DNA of 64,000 nucleotides, taken from positions 1,116,001-1,180,000 of the forward strand of contig CM074807.1 of the NCBI GenBank assembly GCA_037447605.1. Reading direction: 5' to 3'. This DNA is from Zygnema circumcarinatum SAG 698-1b (taxonomy: Eukaryota > Plantae > Zygnematophyceae). The position numbers and the translations under genes were made by a program. The stretch's first letter is position 1. Each line of letters opens with the position of its first letter. This document shows, piece after piece, positions 12,602 to 22,776 of this stretch. A model generated the notes under the pieces. That model saw only the letters and a list, made by a program, of their open reading frames with translations, was not told the origin of the DNA and made no database searches.

Positions 12602-14355
12602 AGGGATAGGGAGAGGGAGAGGGAGAGGGAGAGGGAGAGGGAGAGGGAGAGGGAGAGGGAGAGGGAGAGGGAGAGGGAGAGGGAGAGGGAGAGGGAGAGG
12701 GAGAGGGAGAGGGAGAGGGAGAGGGAGAGGGAGAGGGAGAGGGAGAGGGAGAGGGAGAGGGAGAGGGAGAGGGAGAGGGAGAGGGAGAGGGAGAGGGAGA
12801 GGGAGAGGGAGAGGGAGAGGGAGAGGGAGAGGGAGAGGGAGAGGGAGAGAGAGGGAGAGGGAGAGGGAGAGGGAGAGGGAGAGGGAGAGGGAGAGGGAGA
12901 AGGAGAGGGAGAGGGAGAGGGAGAGGGAGAGGGAGAGGGAGAGGGAGAGGGAGAGGGAGAGGGAGAGGGAGAGGGAGAGGGAGAGGGAGAGGGAGAGGGA
13001 GAGGGAGAGGGAGAGGGAGAGGGAGAGGGAAGAGGGAGAGGGAGAGAGGGAGAGGGAGAGGGAGAGGGAGAGGGAGAGGGAGAAGGAGAGGGAGAGGGAG
13101 AGGGAGAGGGAGAGGGAGAGGGAGAGGGAGAGGGAGAGGGAGAGGGAGAGGGAGAGGGAGAGGGAGAGGGAGAGGGAGAGGGAGAGGGAGGGAGAGGGAG
13201 AGGGAGAGGGAGAGGGAGAGGGAGAGGGAGAGGGAGAGGGAGAGGGAGAGGGAGAGGGAGAGGGAGAGGGAGAGGGAGAGGGAGAGGGAGAGGGAGAGGG
13301 AGAGGGAGAGGGAGAGGGAGAGGGAGAGGGAGAGGGAGAGGGAGAGGGAGAGGGAGAGGGAGAGGGAGAGGGAGAGGGAGAGGGAGAGGGAGAGGGAGAG
13401 GGAGAGGGAGAGGGAGAGGGAGAGGGAGAGAGAGGTGAGCTTGCTGGTTTGATCATTCACGTCCGATCATGCGAAATCATCGGTTTGTGTGCTGTGTGGT
13501 ATGGGAGTGAATCAAAGGAGAATCTTGACGTGTTTCTTTTTTTGTGTCTCCCTTCTTTTGGGTGCGCAGGCTCCTCCCAAGGGCCCTCCTCCCGCTTCAA
13601 AGGAAGAAGTTGCAAAATTGCCCCGCAAGCACGTGACAGCAGAATTGTCGTCCAAATTGGGTCCAGATTTGCAGTGCATCGTGTGCAGGGAGGCCTTCGC
13701 AAAGGACGAGTTGATGTTGGAGATGGAATGCAAGCATTTGTTTCACGAAGACTGCATTCTTCCGTGGCTGGTGAGTTCACTATCGGCACTTCCGTTGAAT
13801 GCCTTCAAGTTTCTGAAGTTAATGAATGACTTCAACACATCGTTAAGTTCCCAAAGTTCGTTAGGGAATGTCTCAGGGAGGCCTGCCTTGCTCCATCCAC
13901 GTTCTGATGGAACTCTGTAGATTAGCAAAATGAGGTTGAAGTCAGAAACCATTGGCTCCCTGGAGAAGAAAGTGCTTTGAAAAACCGCCGGAAATCCTTA
14001 TTCGGAAATCCAGGAAATGCAGAAACACCTGACAGCTGTTTCTCCATTGCTGGGACGACTCCTTTTCGAGCACTTGGGAATTGCAGGGAAAGTTTATGCA
14101 GGTGCTAAACAGTTGTGATCAGGCTGACATTGGTGTGAAGTTGTGTGTCATTATAGGCCCTTTGCATGCCGTGACGTTCTTTTTGATGCGTGAATGTGTT
14201 CACAGGAGCTGCACAACTCGTGCCCTTTGTGCCGGTTTGAAATGCGAACGGATGATGCGGACTATGAGCGGGCGAAGGAGCGGGAGAAAGAGGCGAGGGA
14301 GGAGAGACGTGGGGTAGAGAACGCTCTTCGAGAAGGCGAGCACATGTTCATGTGA
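10098..14355 (+). CDS. AIP2: AIP2-like RING-H2 E3 ubiquitin ligase, 5 exons
   Basis: N-terminal ...[22 protein letters not shown]..., FLFEGQL, then [25 protein letters not shown]...[15 protein letters not shown]|[13 protein letters not shown], and terminal [36 protein letters not shown], recognisably like plant AIP2. Confidence 0.9.
12571..13434 (+). repeat. (GAGAGG)n hexamer microsatellite / homopurine tract in AIP2 intron 3
   Basis: About 865 nt of G/A with a single T (near 12606). Lies between donor CAG|GT at 12519 and acceptor CAG at 13569, which join ALDLTMQ|APPKGPP in phase 0. Confidence 0.95.
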
Positions 14356-15754
14356 CGAGGTGTGACAACGAGCAGGAAAACGTTACAGTTGAAACCCGAG
14401 AGGACTCTGCTATTGCTGAAAATTGTTACCTTTCGTCGGTTGTCTGGACTCCCTTCTATGAGCTTCTATATTCGAGGCTTATTCACACGGTTCGGGTTCT
14501 GAGGAAGATGGAGGAGACGGCACAGCACTACAGGGCTCCAATAGTGATAAGGGACAGAGAGGAGATTGAGGAGAGGATGGTCTGCAACTGTTGTTCTATG
14601 CAGAATTTGAACTCTTTGTGGAGATACTTTATTGAGGGGAAGGTGGTGGCGTGGAGAAACAAATAGGAGGAGGGGATGGCGAGAGGGGTAGAGAGGTGGG
14701 GTAGAGACAGACGTGCTGAGGGTTTTTGTAGTGTTCTTGGCCCTTGAGGGCAGGAGGGGAGGGAGGGGTTCAGCTGTGCTGTTGTTCGTGGTTTCCTCAC
14801 GTTCCTACTTACAGTTCTTGCCAATGCTGTCTTGTGTGAGGCGTAGTTTTGTAGTTTGTATAACTGTTAGGAGGCCGAAAGGTTGCCCTAGTGACCGCAT
14901 GTACAGTATAAGGATTTTCAACTTTGTCTTCGTATCCTGTTTAATCATTGACTTGTTCCCTGAATTTTAGAATGTCTTCTGTTTTTAGCTTTGACTACGT
15001 CCCTGAATACCGAAATGTCCTGCGTTTGAGTTCCCTGAACCGTTAACTGTCGCGTGTTTGAGCTTCGACGTGTTTTCGAAGTTCTGTGGTGATGCGCTTT
15101 GAAGCTCAGTACAGTGACTGCAAATGATTTCAACGAATAAACGGATGCCAAGGTTCAAATCTTACGAAAACGGTGTATTGCCATCTATGCCATGTCAGGA
15201 GTTTGGTTCTGCTGCTGAGCTCATCTCCATGTGAATATATCTCTGTTCACATGACGCTTCTACTGAAGTGACTCTTCACGTGACTTCACGCGAGTGACAA
15301 TATACGGTACTGCAGCACTGGCTTCATTTGTCTTGCAGTCTGTTTTGTGGTGTTTTCACTCTCCCAAACACTGCCCAAAGAATGATTTCGAATAGAAACT
15401 GCAAATCAGACACTTCAGTGAGCACGATAACTATGACAGACACGGCATGGTCAACACTCAAATAATGACGGATACATTTTATAAGCCCTTGAACAGAGGC
15501 GCGACTGTTTGCAACATTATTCATTTTCGGCCCCACGGAAAAACGAGCACCTTGCCTACCAGGAAAACCCTAAAAACCATAAAAACCTTAAAATCACCTG
15601 TAGGTGAGCAGACTGCATCTGCCAACTCTGATACTCCAACATGCACTTCTTGCTTAGCCCTGAGGGCACTTACATATCGAATGGCAATACAACACCTGTA
15701 AACCGCGGCGTAACAGCCTTACCAATCCAACCAGTAATGTATATGACGAATGTG

Positions 15755-17313
15755 TCAGCTCTCTGCAGGTTGAATGTCCATGGCCTGCTCCTTTGCAACC
15801 TTGACCTTGATCTTCTCTGAGAGCTTGGGCAAAGTAAGGCCTGGGTCTGTCAGCATGGCCACTGGAGCCTTCACCAAGTGGATGCTCTGCTCCAACTCCG
15901 TCAAGGCCTCCCTCTTCTCTTGCGCCTTCTTGCCCTTCATCCTGTTCCTCGTACAAGCACGCATCCCAAATAAAAACTTGAGCATATGTGCATCACAATA
16001 TGAGCGTTCGGCCAGCAAACAGCTGGAAGAATCCCTAAAAACCGTTAAAGAAAACTTTAACCGCAGCCAAAAAACAAAAAAGGGCATTTCTATCATGCTG
16101 ACTGAACATGCATCAGATTAATTTCCAGGACTAGAATAGATGACATGAATGCAGGCTTTGAATATCCACTTTTGTATGTGTTGTATGTGTTCTTAGCTAG
16201 CGAGCAGGGAAGTCTGACATAGTAAGTAACAGTGCCTAAACGGCAAGGAAATTCCAATTCCCTTCAACAATTGTTGTCCTATGACAGTGAACGGAGCCTT
16301 GTGTGCTTTCAACCCTCTCTCAATGGCTCTCGTAAGAAGCAATTTCCTTGATCTCCCCAACCTATCAGTTTGAAATGCTTTTGCATAAAATCATTCAAAA
16401 GCTGAAGACCTATGTTGAGTCAGCAAATAAGTCAGGAAAATTATCTGTCACCTATTCCTATACACGACAGCTACTTCTCAGCCATAGGAAAGCACTGAAG
16501 AAATGGGCTAGAACACTCTGTATTGTACTTCAAAACACAGAAAAGGCACAATACAAGAGAAGCGAAAGAGGGTGGCATACCTCTTCTCCCAGAACTTGGC
16601 CTGCCTCTTTTCTCTAATTTCATCAATCCTCTTGATGGCCTTCAGCGTGCTCTCCACAACATTCCGGTCATACCTTTCGGGCCTGTTCCTCTTCCTCTCC
16701 AATTCAAATGTGGTGTCCTGAAAAAAACGTTCAAGTTGCTCAGAGAGGTTCTCACAACCAGTGCGAAAGCCCTTGCCTGAAAGAAGAGAAATACATCCCC
16801 TCACTTGGTCATAAGGCACTGGAATGCAACGGACTTTAAACCACTCTTAATACTAGAAGTTGCCAATTCTAGCGTGGAGGGGGGTGGCGTAAGGGCATCC
16901 TCTGTTGTGTACGCATACGAAAAGGACAAGGACTAAACATAATATGAATATGAATTATACTGACGCCAGAATAAAGCTCTCCGCCTCTCACCGTTGTCAA
17001 GTCCTTCCCGTGAACTCGCCTGTACGCTTTCGTCCACTTCACCTTCCTTGGATTTCTCTTCATCTTGAAATTTTTATGGCATTTGGAGCGGCAAAACTTA
17101 AAAACCTGCTCAATTGAATTCACAGCAAGTCAAGCAAGTCACAGCAAGTCCTGTTAGACTGCAATTCGAACTTCTACATCATGCTGCTCGAAAAGTATGA
17201 TACATCATTGGAACAGTCTTTCTGAGGCATACCTTGGCATCGTTACGTACAAAGCCGATTCCATGACCAGGGTATATAGTAGATGAGCAAAACCAACACT
17301 TTTCCAATCTCAT
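15755..17313 (-). CDS. RLP24: Ribosome biogenesis protein RLP24 (L24e family), 4 exons
   Basis: [27 protein letters not shown]|[29 protein letters not shown]...|[18 protein letters not shown]...|...[15 protein letters not shown]. Confidence 0.93.
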
Positions 17314-17734
17314 AGTGAATCCCTAAGTTATCCCACCCCCTCCCAAGAACAGTACAGGGACCCTGCCTCCCACGAAACCACCAGATAGACTCAATGAATA
17401 ATATTCAGCTTCACTGAGCCAAAAAACCCCCTGCGTTCTTCAGGCCCTAATTCTGTGAAGCCACAGAACTTGCACCTCTGAAACCTACAAACGCTCCTTC
17501 TGCTTTTCCTTCACTCTCCTGGCGGAATAGCGGTCCTTGCAACTGACTGCAACCTCCTGAGATAATTGAGATAATCAACCAGCTGATACCAGCTACGATA
17601 AGACCACTACTACTACTACTGTCTGCCTCCGTGCATCACCAAGCTCTCAGCCACGACCACAGCACGAGCCGCCTTTGCCAGCACCCATTCAGTCCAACGC
17701 CACCCCTCAAATTAGGGTTAGCTCTCAAATGCCA

Positions 17735-17812
17735 GATACGATATAAATCGATACGATATAATATGAGCATCATAAACGATACGATACGATACACCTGTTT
17801 TGCGCCGTATCG
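17735..17812. repeat. CGATA(C)-rich repeat cluster, probable degenerate TE subterminal remnant
   Basis: Multiple GATACGATA motifs. A related cluster occurs in the opposite orientation at 22705-22776. Confidence 0.5.
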
Positions 17813-18100
17813 ATTTTTTTGCGACCGCGGCCGCAACTAGGCACAGTACAGTAGTTGGAGAGGTCGTCCGTACATGCGCGTGTGACGGCTGCGTCCCATT
17901 GGCAGAGGGAAGGGTCGCACGTGCGATGGAGCTCAGTCCAAGGCCGCCGCTTATTCTTGAACGGCGCCGTTCAGAAGAGAGCCTCTCCTTTCAGAATAGG
18001 GCAAGGCAGGGCTGCACTTTTAGGGTTACTGCTGGGAAGGGCTTCAGGGTTAGCTACGGCTTCTCTCTAGTTTGACCCTTAAGATTAGTGAGTGGCAGCC

Positions 18101-18781
18101 ATGGGAGGAGGAAACGCACAGAAGGCGAAGATGGCGCGGGAGAGGAATGCGGAAAAGTTGAAGGGTGGGAAAGGTGCGCTGAGCAAAGCATACGTTTTTT
18201 GGGCTCGTTTTGAAGTCAGTGTGTACCTTTTCATGGATTCTGTGATGTTTCAGAGGAGTCCCTGCTCAGATGCCTGTTTATTTTTTCTGGTTCTGCAGTA
18301 TGCGTCGTTGTTGTCCCCTTCATATTGATTTAAAGGCAGCCTGATGGCTTGAATCTAAGTTAGCATTTAGTCTGGTGACTCGCAGGTAGTCAACTTCAGT
18401 CCAATACAAAGGCTATGACCATTCAGGTACGAAGTTTCACCTTACATGTTGCATGAACCTAAGGAACGCCGCTTGAACCTAAGGATTGTAACATAGTGGG
18501 TGCTTCTGTAGTCGTTTTGCGCCATTTTCTCTGGAGCCATTCTAGTGATTTTGAATTTTAGAGTATTGGATGTCGCTTTGCAATCATCTGACTCTCAGCG
18601 CAGTTATGTCCCGAGTGTTTGTCTAAAGACGTAGATAGCTCGATGTTTTGTTTTTGTGCAGTGTAAAGTTTGCATGCAGACGTTCATGTGCACTACGAAT
18701 GAAGCCAAGTGTAAAGAGCACGCAGAAGCCAGACACCCCAAGCAGGATCTTTTCGCCTGCTTTCCGCACTTGAAGGAGTGA
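18101..18781 (+). CDS. Small ZNF706/At2g23090-like C2H2 zinc-finger protein, 3 exons
   Basis: MGGGNAQKAKMARERNAEKLKGGK|GSQLQSNTKAMTIQ|CKVCMQTFMCTTNEAKCKEHAEARHPKQDLFACFPHLKE*. Confidence 0.88.
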
Positions 18782-20620
18782 TTGTCGCTTCTTCACTATC
18801 TGAATTCGGAATGGAAACATGATATATTCAAGAGGGTGAACCATTGAGTATTCAAAAAAATAGCGGTCCTTTTTTTGATTCTTTCAAAACTTGCTCTAAA
18901 AGCCCTCTTTCCTGGGTTATATGTATCTTAAAGTCTACCCTTGTTTGTTGAGGCGGAGAGTAGAGTACCTGTTTGTCCTTTCATCTTGTAGCATTCCAGA
19001 CTCCATAACAGCGTCACAGGTTTGGATCGGAGGACGCTCCTTATGAGAGTGTTGTGTTTCTCGCGAGGTGTGCATTACCAAGAGATTGATGGCACATTGC
19101 CAAGGGCTCATCGCTAACACATAGTTATTCAGAGCGTTGCCAGGGGTTAGGGAATGGTTTTTCAGCACTGTTCTTTTCTAGAATGTACCTCTTACAATAA
19201 GGAACGCAGTTGGATACTGCCTTTTCATGCATAGTCTATGGACTCAGCTACATCGACCGCTTGATTCCAGGTCAATTTAGAGAGAGTGTCCATTGGCTAC
19301 GATTGAGTCAGGCCGCCTACAAAGGGATTTTGACTTTTGGCAGTTTTGTGTGCGAGAAGGGGCCTATTAGTCCCACATTCTGCAACAGACAGGTTTAACA
19401 GACTAATATAAAATATTTTGTCGCTCTGTCTGGACAACCCAATTGGTGCGTTGGGAACTCATTCGATGGAAGGATTAACGCCCTCAGAATGGTTTGCTGA
19501 AATTGGATTTTGTCCGAAGTCGTGACTAGTGTGGATCTGCCTCTCACATCGCTTGCATATGCCTTGGAATTCGTGTATTGCTGTTAAGTGAAAGGAACAA
19601 CTGACCTTACTTTGTCAGCCAATTGATTGTTCTATCATCAGGCGGGTTTCTATGCATCCAGTTGGTTGCTTTTACTGGTGGGACTCTTGACGAGGGAAAA
19701 CCTCTTCAATACTTCCTTCTCCTGCAGTTGATGTTGGCTGACTGTACTCCCTGGATTTACCCGTTTGGTTTTTAGGTTCTGAATTCAGCGCAGAATTTTG
19801 ATCTTCTTCTTGATCATTTGGTTGTCCGTCGACAGAGACATTGATTTTTAATGTCATGCATGACTTTGTAGAAGGATCTTTTGTGGAATTGATGTGTTGG
19901 TAGCCATGATGGCATAGGTAGGATCTGAAAGCCAAATGCCACACCTGGGTGTAATTATGAATGGAAAGGTAGAAAACAGAGAGAAAACAATCTCGACACG
20001 AATGCGAAGGAAATGAAGCAACGCAAAACAACGTCCTTTACACCTGCTTCAGAATATTTCTTAAAACCTAGGAAAGAAAAAGCGTCACTGAGAGCAAGTG
20101 CAGTCAGGGGAAACGTCAGTAAAGGTCGCAATTTGCCATAAGACAGGGAAATCCTACTCCCAAGGTAGCTTAGCTTTCATCTCACAGTTGCAGGCAACAG
20201 GGTCGTCCCATTTAACAGGACGGCCATTCAACCGTTCAGAAACCTTGACCTGAAAGAAGCGGAACACATCACAACCCTCATTTTCATTCCTTGCTTAGAA
20301 AGAAAAGGAAGAAACGTTCACACAATTGCTGCTCCGAATCTGGACAAATTTGGAATCAGTCTTTTTTGACTCATCAAGAAAGACAAAACAACGGATTTGT
20401 TGACTAGAACAAAATTGAACCTCAAGAACCCTAAGCTGCTTACCTGCGATCTGAAAAAAACGCAGAGCAGCGGACAGCACGCATAGAGGGGAGGCCCTGG
20501 CCAGCATGCATGTCCGAAGTCCAGCAGACTAACTAGCTTGACGCCATTTCTCTTGAATGAGGCCCCTCTATCTTCCTGTACAATTAGGGAACCCCTTATC
20601 CTATGCACCCGTATCAGCAG

Positions 20621-21553
20621 CTACCTATCCCTCGGCTTCTCTGGTGGCGGTTGGGCTAAGGCTTGCGCTAATGTCTGCGCTATTCTCAGCTGAAACGCAA
20701 GAGCCATCTCCATCATGTCCTTCTTCCATTGCTTGTCTCTCTCGTCCGCCTGCATCTGCCGCTCCTCCGCCCGCGTTTGGGCCTCTAAAATTCTCTCCAT
20801 AAGCGACGCGCTTGCATCGTCCGACAGAACTTTTCTTTTCTTCTTCTTCGTCATCACCTTTAGCCCGTCCTCCTCTCCCCCGTTATTCCCGCTGCTCATA
20901 GCCTTCCGATGCTCATGTTCCGGGTTCGAGAACTCGCCGCCATTCCGCTCTCCGCCAAGCTCGTTCGCCAAGCCCACGCTCGCACCTCGGTGCTGTGAGA
21001 AGCCCATCCCTGCCAGATTCTCACTTAGGGTTAGAGATGGTTTTGTGGGATCGCTTTGCACTGCTTCCAGCGATGACCGTGCATATCCAGACTGTGCAAA
21101 GACGGCGGGATCGGGAAGAAGCGCACCTCCTGAACCAAAGTTCGGGGTACTTGACACGGCCTTGCCCTTTTTCCCAAGCGCAAGCGCCATCGCTTCGAAG
21201 TAGGGCCACTCCATGGCTGATTTCCCGATTCCGCCTTTGTACTCTTCCTTACTAACATGCGCTTTGAACGCCTTCCGGAGGTTCTGAAGCTTATCTTGGC
21301 ACTGTTTCCAGGAAATATCTAGTCCAGGATGGTTTTCTATGAGAGTTTTTGCTATCTTCTCCCAGTGAGATCGTGTCAAGTTCCCTCCTCCCAGCATGTT
21401 GAATCGCTCGCTCCAACACTCGATCAGTGAAAAAGTGAGCTCCCTGCTCCATGTCAGCGGCGCTCTCTTCTCCTCCTCCGACTGATGCCAGGTCAGCGCT
21501 GCCGCCTGCGCTGCAGCCGTACCTTCCTGGGAGGCAGCCATGGCTGCCTCCAT
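20621..21553 (-). CDS. Trihelix (Myb/SANT-like DNA-binding) transcription factor
   Basis: 310-aa ORF with WSRELTFSLIECW...HWEKIA...SWKQCQDKLQNLRKAFK...WPYFEAM, a basic NLS (KKKKRK) and a C-terminal coiled coil. The 3' end may be extended by splicing (see findings). Confidence 0.88.
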   Translation of the reverse strand: MEAAMAASQEGTAAAQAAALTWHQSEEEKRAPLTWSRELTFSLIECWSERFNMLGGGNLTRSHWEKIAKTLIENHPGLDISWKQCQDKLQNLRKAFKAHVSKEEYKGGIGKSAMEWPYFEAMALALGKKGKAVSSTPNFGSGGALLPDPAVFAQSGYARSSLEAVQSDPTKPSLTLSENLAGMGFSQHRGASVGLANELGGERNGGEFSNPEHEHRKAMSSGNNGGEEDGLKVMTKKKKRKVLSDDASASLMERILEAQTRAEERQMQADERDKQWKKDMMEMALAFQLRIAQTLAQALAQPPPEKPRDR

Positions 21554-21879
21554 CCTCCCCTCCCTCCCAACAGAGAGGAACGGACGGAGCGGTCGGCCCC
21601 GACGGACGGAACGGCGGGACGGACGGCGACGGCAAAGTTGTCCTCTCGAGGTCGTTGACGCGCGCCGCCGCCGCGCACGCGCGACCCGCCCGGACGCGTC
21701 GCCACGTGGCGGACCTTGAGCCGTCCGATCACCTCCGGAAGCCGGTTTGCGCCGTCCGATTGTGTAGTTTGGTGTACGGGAGCCCGACGTGGAAAAATAA
21801 ATAAAAATAATTTAACATAGCAGATCTGAATTTTAACAAACGGTTGCATGTGACGCGCTGGCGAGTTGTTGAACTGTAT

Positions 21880-22656
21880 CACAGATCGGACCATTAGACA
21901 AACCAGTCGACTGGTTGGCAACCAGTGGTTGCGGACCGAAACAACCATTCGACTGGTTGCCAACCAGTGGATGCCACTGGTTCGCAACCAGTCGACTGGT
22001 TGCCAACCAGTGGCATCCACTGGTTCCAAACCAGTCGACTGGTTGCCAACCAGTGGCATCCACTGGTTGGAAACCAGTCGACTGGTTGCGAACCAGTGGC
22101 GCAGGACTGAAACAACCATTCGACTGGTTCGGAACCAGTGATCAAATGGTTGGCAACCATTAAATTGTCGGTGTACGGATCCCCGTATTGTCGATATACT
22201 GTAAATATTTTCCGTACGATTTTCCGGCAATTTTTCCGGCAATTTTTGAAAATTGCCGGAAAATTGTACGGAAAATATTTACAGTATATCGACAATACGG
22301 GGATCCGTACACCGACAATTTAATGGTTGCCAACCATTTGATTTAATGGATATAACCATTAGACTGGTTGCCAACCAGTGCTGCCGGATCGAAACAACCA
22401 TTCGACTGGTTGCCAACCAGTGGATGCCACTGGTTCACAACCAGTCGACTGGTTGCCAACCAGTGCCGCCGGATCGAAACAACCATTCGACTGGTTGCCA
22501 ACCAGTGGCATCCACTGGTTCCGAACCAGTCGACTGGTTGCCAACCAGTGGCATCCACTGGTTCCAAACCAGTCGACTGGTTGCCGACCAGTAGACGTCC
22601 AACCATTGCCATCCAATGGTTGTCCAATGGTTGCCGATCCACTGGTCCGAACTGTG
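21880..22656. mobile_element. Non-autonomous TIR element filled with palindromic tandem units (hAT-like by its 8-bp TSD)
   Basis: TIRs CACAGATCGGACCA / TGGTCCGAACTGTG (13 of 14 match). Flanks AACTGTAT (21872-21879) and AACTGTTT (22657-22664). Twelve ~43-bp AACCA/TGGTT units surround a central 202-bp hairpin. Confidence 0.7.
22141..22342. repeat. Perfect 77-bp inverted repeat (hairpin/cruciform)
   Basis: 22141-22217 is the exact reverse complement of 22266-22342; the spacer is itself partly self-complementary (TCCGGCAATTTT/AAAATTGCCGGA). Confidence 0.92.
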
Positions 22657-22704
22657 AACTGTTTGTGGTTTTAGGGTTGAGTTCGGTAGGTCGTGACGTA
22701 GGCG

Positions 22705-22776
22705 TATCGTATCGCATCGTATCGTATCGTATTATTGCATTTATCGATGCTTTGCAACGATATCGGTACAGCATAT
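22705..22776. repeat. GTATCG-rich repeat cluster, reverse-oriented relative of 17735-17812
   Basis: CGTATCGTATCGCATCGTATCGTATCG...CGATATCGG. Confidence 0.5.

Noticed and set aside
11724-13829. 701-aa ORF (and the antisense SL/SP/LP ORFs) as real proteins
   Set aside because: They are read-throughs of a stop-free microsatellite; AIP2 homology is restored by splicing 12519-13569.
14352-14666. 104-aa ORF right after the AIP2 stop
   Set aside because: It starts with GTG, has no recognisable motif and lies in the expected 3' UTR.
21880-22656. CRISPR-like repeat-spacer array
   Set aside because: Inter-repeat segments are near-identical or only 3 nt long, not unique spacers. The context is eukaryotic, with no cas genes, and TIR/TSD ends are present.
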